The notes beneath the pieces were generated by a model, which was not told the origin of the DNA, ran no database searches, and saw only the letters and a program-made list of their open reading frames with translations. A stretch of DNA of 64,000 nucleotides from Felis catus. Its lineage: Eukaryota. Location: assembly GCF_018350175.1 (NCBI RefSeq), contig NC_058368.1, positions 202,370,001 to 202,434,000 of the forward strand, given 5' to 3'. Position 1 is the first letter of the stretch. Every line of letters starts with the position of its first letter. Made by a program: the position numbers and the translations under genes. This document shows positions 52,939-64,000 of the stretch, piece by piece.

Positions 52939-53157
52939 GTTTTAATTTTTTTAACGTTTTTATTTATTTTTGAGACAGAGAGAGACAGAGCATGAATGGG
53001 GGAGGGGCAGAGAGAGAAGGAGACACAGAATCGGAAGCAGGGTCCAGGCTCTGAGCCATCAGCCCAGAGCCCAACGCGGGGCTCGAACTCACGGACCGTG
53101 AGATCGTGACCTGAGCCGAAGTCGGATGCTTAACCGACTGAGCCACCCAGGCGCCCC
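52939..53157 (-). mobile_element. Can-SINE (young felid type)
   Basis: Perfect 15-bp TSD gatgttgattatttt at 52924-52938 and 53158-53172. Confidence 0.96.
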
Positions 53158-53620
53158 GATGTTGATTATTTTTTAGTTGAACGTTTACCTGACACTTTCA
53201 CCCAAGTTTGAGTGACAAAAATGGATGTCATGGCCCTTTTCAAGTTTAATAGTTAATTTCCCCATAATAATCTTCAGCCATTTCACATAGTAACTGACCA
53301 CTTGGTTAAAACAAAGTAGCAAAATTATACATGTCCTGGATTTATAATTGGACCATCTTATTTATGTAGACCTGTTTTTATTTTTAAGACATTAGCTACA
53401 ATTCTAAAGAAGTCAGGCTAATTACACATATACAGAATTAACAACTATTTACAGATTTTGTACTTTCAGGTTAAATAGTGCTGCAGTGAACATCTTTATA
53501 TATTACTCTTCATTATATTTTGGACAGTCCAGGGAATGGAATTACTGACTGTGAACATTTTAGAGATTCTATACATATTGACTTTACCAACTAACATTGC
53601 CACTGGTTGAGACACTTTTT

Positions 53621-53690
53621 TTTAAACAAACATGTTTATTTATTTTGAGAGCGAGAGAGAGGAGCAAGCGAGCATGTGAGTGGGGGAAGA

Positions 53691-53738
<48 letters not shown>

Positions 53739-53863
53739 TCAAGCAGGCTCTGTGCTGCCAGCGCAGAGCCCGATACAGGATTCGATCCCACGAACTGTGA
53801 AATCGTGACCTTAGTGGAGATCAAGAGTCAGATGCTCCTCTGACTGAGCCACCTAGGCACCCA
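53621..53863 (-). mobile_element. Can-SINE with long (GA)n
   Basis: TSD gag(a/g)cacttttt at 53609-53620 and 53864-53875. Confidence 0.93.
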
Positions 53864-53984
53864 GAGGCACTTTTTAAAATTGTGAGTGACATAGGTTTTT
53901 ATCAGTGTTGCTGATATTTCTGTTTAGATGTGCACAAGTAGTTTTAGGACAGAAAGTCAAAACTATTATTTGTCATAGAGTAGC

Positions 53985-54490
53985 AAGAGTGATCTTAAAA
54001 AGCAAATAATATTACTTAATGTCTAATAATATCATGCCGCTTAAAACCCTTTAGAGGCTTCCCATTTCTCTTACAGTACATTTGAGCTACAAGATGAGCT
54101 ACAAGATCTTGAATAGTTTCAGTTTATCTATGCAACCTCCTCACCCACAACTTACTCCCTCACTATTTTCTGGACACCTGGGTAAATTTTCAGCCCCTAC
54201 AGTAAGCTGAGTTCTCCCCACCACAGAGGTTTTGATGTCTAAAATTCTCTTTTTACTTTCTGTCATTTTGCATCACACCTAGTTTCTCCTTGTCATTTGG
54301 ATTTTCATTTAATCATTATGATCACCCTCAGCTTTCACCCCCCCCCCCCATTTAGTTTTCTATCTGGGTCTCTTCTTTCATTGGAATTTATAGTTACATT
54401 TATTTTATTTATGTCCCTCCACTAGAATTTAAATTCCATGACCTCAACTATGTTACTCAATTTTGTATTTCTAATGCCATTAAAGTACAC
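53985..54490 (+). mobile_element. L2 fragment
   Basis: gcttaaaaccctttagaggcttcccattt...gtccctccactagaatttaaattccatga. Confidence 0.55.
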
Positions 54491-54529
54491 ATAAGAGATT
54501 GTTTTCCTGCTTCAATTTTCTCAGATCCT

Positions 54530-55075
54530 TTATTTTTAACAGCTTTTTGAGCTATAATTCAGTTACAGTATAATTCACTCATTTAAAGTATATGATTGAA
54601 TTTTTTCTAGTATGTTCACAGAGTTGTACAGCCATTACCCAAACCAATTTTAGAAATTTTATCACTCCAAGTAGGAACCCCTACCTATTAGCACTCATTT
54701 CTCTCTCCCCTTCCTTCCTGCCCCCATTGCTGTAAGCAGTCAGCAATCTACTTTCTGCCTCCAGAGATTGTTTTTTTCTGGACATTTCATATCAATGAGA
54801 TGATATAATGTGTAGTCTTTTGTGATTGGCTTCTTTCACTTAGCACATTTTCAAGTCTCATCCATGCTGTAGCATGTTTCAGCACTTTCTCTTTTGTGGA
54901 AGACTGTTCTGTTGTATGGCTATACCAGATTTGTTTATCCATTCATCAGTTGATGCACATCTGCATTGTTTCTACCTTTCAGCCACTGTGAATACTGCTG
55001 ATGTGAACATTCTTGTACAGTTTCTTGTGAGGAGATGTATTTTCACTTATCTTAGAATTGAAATCACTGGGTCAG
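54530..55075 (-). mobile_element. L1MB-like 3' end
   Basis: ttttaacagctttttgagctataattc...ggacatttcatatcaatg...ttgtttatccattcatcagttgatg. Confidence 0.75.
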
Positions 55076-55899
55076 TATACAGACTTTTAACAAATGTTAT
55101 TGAATGAATAGACAACTAATCAGTATGCAACCAGGGTGTGCACACATTTAATCTTACAATTAGTAAATCCAGGTAAAGAAAGCTCTTCCTTTCCCTAAAG
55201 CAACACCTGGCATCCACTCCCCACTGCCACCTGCAAGGACATGTCACAACCATTACATTTCCCTGCCCAGCGTGCAGATGACTAAATGAAACTGCAGGAA
55301 CATTAAGTAGCATGAACATGGTGACATAGATAGTAAGAACTGGGCCAGGTATTCAGCTCTTCTGAATCTTAATTCTGTCACTCCAACCTAAAAGGAAGCA
55401 AGGCTGCTAGTATAAGTAATTCTCCTAACCTGCAAGGAAACATTATGGATTAAACCTAATCATTTATTCTTCCTACCTCTTGAAACCATTCCAAAATAAT
55501 ATGAGAAGACACACAGATAGATAGATAAATAGAAGAAAGAGGAGAAAACAGAGAACAAGAGATCTCAAAAACATTTTGGAAAATATGAAAGCTAATGGAG
55601 AAATTATATTTTACTTCCAGGATTCTTCACCACTGAGCCCCAGAGGTGCTTAGGACATGAGGTACCAGTTAAGAAGCAGTTTCCAGGAAAGCCAGGCTGA
55701 AATTCACTTCCTGGTGAATACAGAACTTTCAGTCTTAACATTAGAATGTTTGGAGTCAGGCCAATTCTCCCCAAGCAGGACACAAGAAAACTATATCCAA
55801 TGGGAGACATTTCAAGATCTTCCAGTGAAAATTCATGTTCATTATCTAACGATTTTTCAAAAAGCCTTACATATGTACATAGAGACTGTAATTATATGT

Positions 55900-56520
55900 T
55901 GGTATTCTATCATCTAATATGATATGTAAGCAAAACATTATGAGTCTTCTGAGAAAAGTCTCCATCATAAAAGAGAGAGACTAAGTCAAAGAGCAAAAGA
56001 AAGTCCAGAGAACAGAGAGGCATTTGGGGTTAAGGGAAACTACATTATTAAAAATAGTGTATAAATTATGTCTTCAGGAAGATATTTTATGTAAGACAAC
56101 AAGAACAATATGCTGTGAAAAGAGTATCCAGAAATTTTTTTTTCAAAAAGTGCTCACATGTAAGAAGTTGGCACATGAAGTCTAGGAAACCTCTCAGAAT
56201 TAGGGCAAAAAGAAGAAAGAACAGAACATGTAATGAATAAAATAAAGGATAACTCATCAGGTCAAAATCTATAAAAAACAGTTTCAAAATGAGAACAAGT
56301 GTGAAAAGGGACATATGGAATTAACAGGGACATTTTAAACAAAAGTTTCCAGATAGCAGGAAGTGAAATGTCTTTTCTGAGAAACTCGCAGAATGCTCAG
56401 AATCAGGGAAGGAGAAGACCCCACAAAGGGTCTCCACACAGAAGCTGGGTCAGAAGACAATACAAAAATTGTTCAAAGAGAAATTTACATATGAAGAAGT
56501 GGGAAAAGTACTGTAAGCTA
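55900..56520 (+). mobile_element. Highly decayed L1ME-like ORF1 region
   Basis: A-rich, stop-riddled sequence resembling old L1 ORF1. Confidence 0.35.
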
Positions 56521-58303
56521 AATGATAATGTAGCAGTCTCCAAAATTCTGGGTTTTAGTTTTTTCAATTATAAAATGAGGAAAATAACATATGTATCTTA
56601 TCAGGTTGTTGGAGCGATACATATTTTATGTTGATATTATAAATATTTTTATAGTGTCTAGATACACGGTGCTTAGAAATTATGCTCTGCACTTAATGGT
56701 ATGTAATTGTTAGCTATTATCATGAAAGTAAATTTGAAACGGAATTAAGGAGTGTGAACTATTTGAGAAAAGAAAATACTCTCTTCGCACATACTTGACA
56801 ATCTTCAGAATTCTTTAAAGCAAATGTGTCTGTGAAGACAGGGCCATAGAAGCATTAGGCTGTTCTGATTTCTTTTTATCTTGTTAAGTCTCGGCGGCAG
56901 AAACCCTGATGTACAATGGTAGGTTTTGTGTGTGCTATATGAAATAGCTTCACTCATGAGGCAATTAGCACTGGAAAACTTCTAATGCATCCTCTATCTG
57001 TAAAACTTTGCAGATACACCATTATTATCTTCAAAGTTGGTATAGAATGCTATCGTACTGAACATTTAAAATAGCTTTTAGGGAAAATTCTAACGACATT
57101 GAGTTGCATGTACTCCTTCCTGTTAATCTTTATTTTCGTTAGGAAATGGCATAGTTAAACCATTTGGTATCTTATTTCAAATCAGTTAAACGTTATATAG
57201 GAGCCAAATAAAATGATTCATAACTTGCTAAATTCTTTCATTTTTTTATTGTCAAATTTAATAGTCTATGAAAAATGGTTATTTGGAAATATAAGAAAGA
57301 TTGCAAATTTAAAAGGATGATTTTAATGTCTTTTTTTACATCATTTTTGAGCAGATGTCACTTATTACCCTTGCAGAATGTGTTAGCCTTGTTTTTTTAA
57401 AGATAATATACCTTATTAAAAATTATGCAATCTTAGTTGAGAGATGTGAGTAGGAGCTGAGAAAATGAATGTTGAGTGTTATATTGGTGGTACTTACAGG
57501 GAAAATGAGTACTCCTTATTTTTTCTATAGAGAAGTTATTCATTATTTAAATGATTATTTTTAGAAAGGTTATTTGTTCTGAGCAATAAATTGGGTATTT
57601 GTTTTGAATAATCATGTAAGTGAATTAGGTTGAAGATTAGAGACAGTCTTGGATTCAGATGTATTTTTTTTGGTTTATAAAACGGCAGAAGTACATGCTG
57701 AAACTGCCTAGTTATGGTTGTATCTGTACTGAACAATATAAATAACCCAGGGATTCTGTAAGCTGTAATTATTGGTTAAGCTAATCATTCATGCCTGTCC
57801 ATTAGTGACTGTCAGGTTGTCAGGCTCATAGAATACTTTAAGAATCAAATGAAAGTTGTGGATCCTCTGTCCTAGAAAAGTGCATATATTCACAAAATTT
57901 TATCTGTGATTTCAAGAGGTTTGTGGTTCCCTGCAAGCACATTTATTTTTGGCCTCCAGCTTAAGACTTCCTGAACTATCTAATATTTTTACACAGAAAT
58001 ATGATACTAAAAACAATGGGTAGAAGATAGCTAGAGACAGAGTTTCGTTTGGACAAGCCATTGAATAATTAGAACTGAGGCTAGGAAGATTTGTCTCAAG
58101 GGGCAGAGAATTCCCTGTCAACCAAACAGCTTAGTTCTGAGGCTACATACGTGGTCAGCAGGGATTGAATAGATGTTTGTTCTCGATGGGTCAGTCAGTG
58201 CAATAAAGTCAGTGCACAAAGTGATAGCGAGAAACAGTTGGGATGAGAGGACACTAGATGATTTTTTGTAGATGATGTTTACCTGCTTTGAAAAGCTGAT
58301 TGA

Positions 58304-58527
58304 GGGATGCCTGGGTGGCTCAGTCAGTTAAGCGTCCAACTTTTTGTTTCAGCTCAGGTCATGAACTCATGGTTCACAGGTTTGAGTCGCATGTCAGGCT
58401 CTGCACTGACAAAGCAGAACCGGCTTGGGAATCTCTCTCTCCCTGTCTCTCTGCCCCTCCCCTCACTCACTCACTCTCTCTCAAAAGAAATAAATAAACT
58501 AAAAAACAAAACAAAACAAAACAAAAC
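58304..58527 (+). mobile_element. Can-SINE with (CAAAA)n tail
   Basis: gggatgcctgggtggctcagtcagttaagcgtcc head, CT tract, A-rich tail. Confidence 0.93.
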
Positions 58528-58771
58528 ATCTGATCAAATCAACTGAGAGATGATCAAGCTAACTGTAAAGTTCATAGGGTGGCTGATTGTAAGATAAATA
58601 TTTTAAAATATAGCAGTAAGTTTTCTACATATTAACAACCATGATTGAGGATATATAATATAAAAAGAGTCACCAGCTATAAGAGCCAAAAATATAATCT
58701 ACCTGAATTTGATATTTGAAAAAAAATTCAAATCCATATATTAAAGGATAAATGATACGATAAGTAGTATT

Positions 58772-58993
58772 TTTTTTTTAATTTTTTTTTCAACGTTTAT
58801 TTATTTTTGGGACAGAGAGAGACAGAGCATGAACGGGGGAGGGACAGAGAGAGAGGGAGACACAGAATCGGAAACAGGCTGCAGGCTCTGAGCCATCAGC
58901 CCAGAGCCCGACGTGGGGCTCGAACTCACGGACCGCGAGATCGTGACCTGGCTGAAGTCGGACGCTTAACCGACTGCGCCACCCAGGCGCCCC
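58772..58993 (-). mobile_element. Can-SINE, young felid SINEC_Fc-type
   Basis: CpG-intact body ending ctgcgccacccaggcgcccc. Perfect TSD gataagtagtatt at 58759-58771 and 58994-59006. Confidence 0.97.
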
Positions 58994-60629
58994 GATAAGT
59001 AGTATTAATCAACTAAAACAGTTGAGTAAAATCCATTCTCCTCAGTTTTCAGTAAAATGAAATCCAAACAATTTTAAACTTACAAAAGATAAAAACAACT
59101 GAAATCAGAATACCTAGAAAAGTATTAGTGAATTATTTAATCCTGTTGCCACGGGCAGAGCTTCCCAACATAATACTCTAGAGACTGTGTAAATTGTTGC
59201 AGGCTTTCTGAAGGTCTATTTGACCCTTATAAAAAGTTCTTGAAAATGTATAGACTAGTAAATTATCTGGCAGAAAAATTGTGACATGTTTTGCAAATAG
59301 GATGATCCCTACAATACTTAGGGAGAAAGATACAAACAGATACAACCTGAGTAAAATTTCAACCCTGTCTGAAACCCCTGCTTATCAGTTATTCCCCATA
59401 TCTCTGCCCTGTCTTTTCTTCATAGAAGTTATTACGATTTATTATACTAAATTTTTTGTTTCTCTAATTTGATTATTATCTTTCCTAATCTATAATTAAG
59501 CCTCACTTAGGGGCTTAAATATAAACCCTAATATAAAGTACTGTATTTCTAAGGCTAGATCCATGTATGGCACAAAGTAGGCATTCGATGAATATGAGTG
59601 AATGAAGAAATCTTAGCAACATTACGCTCAATCCTAGTTTTTATACACAATTTTCAACAACGAGCTGGTCTTTTCCCTACATTTCCTACAGAAAAAAAAA
59701 AAAAAAGAAATACTTTAATGTAGTGCAGATAGGCCAACCTAACACACAGAAACATATACTGAGAAATAAAGGTTGAAGTTATTTAAAATAATATGCATCC
59801 ATACTTGCATTAATTCTGTGTATTGTAATGTGTGTTTTTATGTAGTTTAAAAAATTGGGAATATATTTTGTGGATATTTTGGGATGACTCTTGTTTTACA
59901 GCCCCATAAATGCTATTTAAATGTCATTGCCTTTGGAATCAATGCTATTTTCATCAAAATAGAGCTGAAAATATATCTCTTTGGGCAATGACATTAAGAA
60001 TGACACTACTTTTTTTTATGTATCATGTTTTTATTTTTTTCTTTTACCCAGTTTTGTTGCCTTTGTATAAGAGTACACATGTCAAGTCCTGTTGTGCAAG
60101 GATTGGAAATTAGAACTGTCTCTATAGGTATAATTAATAAAATATTGAGTCTGTGTTTTGAAAGAGGATTAATTTTGAACTTTGGCTCTGTGGTAAGTAG
60201 GTTCTTTTGCTGTGTTCATCAAACTTAAAAAAAATCCAATGCAAAATTTTCTGAATCAGCACAGTTAAATTGATCCCTGTGTAATGTTAATGGAAAGGAT
60301 ACCATAGATCTTGATACGAGAAAATTGAAGTTGACATAATTTTTAAAATGAAAGGAAACTTGAGTCTTAGAAGATAGTGGTAGCTTAGTTTTTGTGCATA
60401 AAAATAGAGCAGATAGATAGCACAAACAAAACACATGGATAACATTTATAGCAAAATTATCCCCATGAACCTAAAAAATAAACAGACTGGGACAAGACCT
60501 TTTTTTTTGCAAGACCTTTTTTTTGAACTTCCATGTAGGTTGAAAGAAGGAAGTAATGAGAATCAAGGTCATCTGACAAACCAGAGAATAGGCAGACCTC
60601 CCCCATACCCAACAGGTATTTGTTGGAGA

Positions 60630-61670
60630 TACAGCCAAAACTGGGGTGGGATTCACACAATCCAATAGCAAAAGCTCTGCAGTAATTTCAAGAGAAAAGA
60701 TGGCTGATCCCAGGTCTGGGGCAGGAAGTACATATTAAGGGCCTGGAACAACTTGACATACCAGATAGTAAGGGAATTATCAAAGACTACTAGGGTAATA
60801 TAAAAAAGAATCAGGAGTCAACTTGAAAAAGCCAAGATGAGCTTCAAAAAGGGTGAAAATTTCAACAGATTCAAACTCAGCAGATGTTTGAGTTCATAAT
60901 GATACAAAACATGCTTAACCTCTGAAACTTAATAGAGACTTAATTCCTTACCTCGAAATTTGGGTAAATAAAAGGGAAGAAATCAAGCATTTATCCTGCT
61001 TTCCTATATTATCTGAACCAATATGTAACCAAATAGTAGAGGAGGAAAAGAGTATCTTCATAAAATTGTTAAAGTTAATAGATGAAAAAGTAAGGATATT
61101 ATTAGACAACTGCCATTTTACCATCCTCATTCAATTAATGCATCTAGAGGTTGAGCATCAGTGGCCACTAATAACAAAAAAGAGCAAAATTAGATTTTGC
61201 ATGTTCTTGGTAAAAGAACATACACCACGTGTAGTTTTGCCAATGGAATGGAATCTGAATCTCATATGACCTCTGGGTCCAGGTGCCAAACTTCGGGAAA
61301 TACAAAGGTCAGAGGAACATGCTGAACTTGTACATGTAATCAGCAAAATCCAGTGTTGGGGAATCGATGGGCCTGTCACCCAGTTTCTTCAGCAGACAGA
61401 TAGTAAAGACAAGAATGGGATGGAAGGGAAAGTGGAGGTTTGAGGCAGACCAAACTATGCAATTTAGGGATGCATAATTGTGATGAAACTATATTAAGAA
61501 ATTCAAGGAAGCAATTACTATGAAAGCCAGCAGAACTGTTATTTCAGAGGATGCGAGGGGGTTGTGATTGGGATCGTACACAGGGAAGGGCTTCCTGGGG
61601 GAGTGGTGATAAAGTTCTCCCTCTTGTTTTGTGTGGTGATTTCAAGGATGTTTGATTATAATAAGTCATT
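60630..61670 (+). mobile_element. L1MC4-like 3' region followed by an L1ME-like 3' fragment
   Basis: gatggctgatcccaggtctggggcaggaa...ccagatagtaagggaattatcaaagactactagggt resembles L1MC4. 61450-61670 resembles an L1ME 3' UTR. Confidence 0.65.
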
Positions 61671-63529
61671 ATTTTCTGTATCTGTTTTACAATAACAATA
61701 AGGAGAAAAGGAGAAGAGGCATTAATTTTCAAAAAGAAAGATCAGGCTATAATGAAAAAAATGTAGTATTCCTATTTATCTTTCTGTTTTACTTATAGAT
61801 CTGATTTGTGTTTGCAGCAAAACCCTAATAATGTTAAGGCAACACAAGATAATGCAACCTTATGGTGGGAAAATGACCCAGACATAAGCTCCGAAAAGTC
61901 AGAACCTTAACTCTTCTGACTTGATTGGAGGAGGTGTTTAATCTCTTTGAAGCTAGTCTGTAAAATTTGGGAAAATGCTATCTGTTGCCTTAAGGATGTA
62001 GTGAAAAGAAAATATGTGAAAGATGCTTGACACATAACCAATATTTAACAAATATTACATTCTCCTTTCAGCTTCTGTTATCCTCTTAAGTGATTGATAT
62101 ATAAGTACAAATAAGTAATAGTGGTTTATCTAAAAGACATAGGATTGTACTCATGAATTCACTCATTCAGTAAGTATTTACTGAATGCTGAGTATGTTTT
62201 CAGTGAGTATTAGGTGCTTTAGATATAAAAAAATGAAACTAAAGAGTAACAGTCTTTCAGAGACTTTCTGTCTAGTAAAGAAGACAGGCACATGAGGATT
62301 GACTTTAATGGAGGGAAAGAATGCCAATAGGGAAATTGTACAAAATGATATGCCACCAGAGAAAATCATGATGCATTAATTCTATAATATTATTAGCTAC
62401 ATTTTATAATTTTTTACTATTTATTTCTGAGAGTTTTGTTGCAAACCATCACAAGTAGTCAACACTTTTGCATGTATTTTTTTTTTTTGTTAAAAAGAAC
62501 TATTTGCTGAGATTATCTCAGATTTTTAACCTTTAAATCTTTATCAGTCTATTGTTACCCTGTTATGATTCTAAAAAGCATAAAGTTTTCAGGCTTGTTG
62601 TAAAAGTCAATCAAGTCAAGAATTATTTTGGAATTGTGTGCTTAAAAGGTAGAAAAATCCATTAGAAAATAGCAAAGGGATTACCTATTGACTAAAATGT
62701 GGACTACCTCTATATCCCTTTTCTATGTAAAATAAATCTATGTTCCTTCTGTATCAACACATCATGTTGGAAAGAGAGAGAAAAGCTCTTAACCTACTTT
62801 CCTATCTTCAATTTTTAACTTTATCATGCTTGTTAATTGCCTGGGTGTCCTTTAACCATCTATTTCCATGATTCTTTCCCAGAGGCTTGGTTTAATTTTA
62901 AAAGTGCAGTGTATTCAGCCCTAATTATGTGAGAGCTCACTGCAGGCAAACAGCAAGAGATAGTAATGACCAAAATGTATTTTTAAATCAGTGCGACAGA
63001 TACCACAAGCACATTGCTGTAAACATTTAATGACTAGGAAATACAACCATGTAAGGTGATATTTGGAAGCTAATGATATTTGAAAATAAAATTCCTTCTT
63101 AGAAACATAATGTCACTAACTGTGATTTTTAAAAAAAATACATATTTTTGTAGTTTTATATTCTTTCTCTTATCAAGTATTTAAACAAGGTGATCACTCC
63201 CACAGCCTCAAATTCTTTTCTTCTTCAATAACTAGATGTAAGGTGGTTTTACTTTATCTGAGTTTGAATGAAGTTCACAAAATATGCAGTCTGTGTGCCT
63301 GGAAATAGTGTCCATTGTTTCTTTGAAAGGCATGCTATTTTGTTGACTTAAATGTCCACAATAAATCAAGATTTTAAACATTTTCTATCACAGTTACTTT
63401 TACATTAACTTAGTGGGGGAAATAATTACCATTGAAATGTTTTCACTGGTCATGCAAAGGACAAGAAATAGCCAGTGGTTTATTCTACAAATACAAAGAG
63501 TCAAAATGCAGGATTATCTGCTAAATTCT

Positions 63530-63730
63530 AACTAAGTGCCAGACACTGTTTTAAGTGTCTTTATTATCTTACTGAATCCTTTGAGCAACCCTACAACATT
63601 TATTAATTGTGTCATATTACATTCTAGAAAACCAGATTATGGAGCGGATAGGTGGTCAGACAGCTTCTAAGTAGAGAAGCTTGGATTTGAACCCAGGGAT
63701 CTGGCTCAGAGCCCAGGATCTCAAGCACTT
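63530..63730 (-). mobile_element. MIR
   Basis: gtgccagacactgttttaagtg...caaccctac...ggatttgaacccagg. Confidence 0.65.
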
Positions 63731-64000
63731 GTCTCAGAGGAATTTAGTCATTTCCTGACCTAGTTGACTCAGTCTTTTTCTCTGGCTTTTTAAAAAATGT
63801 AGTGTTAGAAGTTATATATTCTTTTCCTGACTATAAGAATCTTAGTTATTTAGGTGATAGTCTTGAATGGGAAATGGTGCCCCATTAGCGAAATATTGGC
63901 TGCATTTTTCTGAAAGCTCACTTCTAGTTCGCCATGTGGGATTGCATTCTATGTGTAAAAACACAATTATTCCAAATGCTTGCTTCTTTTTATAAAAAGC

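Overview
Mammalian genomic DNA from a cat-family carnivore, judged from felid-type Can-SINEs (SINEC_Fc-like) and felid/carnivore L1 3' ends. The only protein-coding feature I can support is the first coding exon of HCN1 (hyperpolarization-activated cyclic nucleotide-gated channel 1): + strand, ATG at 46469, splice donor after 46875, inside a CpG island. The rest is ~46 kb of gene-free upstream sequence and ~17 kb of intron 1; I did not see exon 2. Regulatory highlights are an RE1/NRSE (REST) site in intron 1 (48178-48198), a consensus CTCF core in the promoter (46144-46158), a 5' (GCC)8 repeat, and G-runs after the donor. Repeats dominate: 15 Can-SINEs, an internally deleted L1MC-type element that keeps both ends, short carnivore L1 3' stubs (one nested inside a SINE), MaLR/ERVL LTRs, L2, MIR and microsatellites. 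Almost all other ORFs in the track are repeat-derived or GC-shadow ORFs. I found no convincing previously undescribed biological system; the findings are regulatory candidates and retrotransposition or repair footprints. Repeat subfamily names come from recalled consensus sequences, and boundaries of old repeats are approximate.
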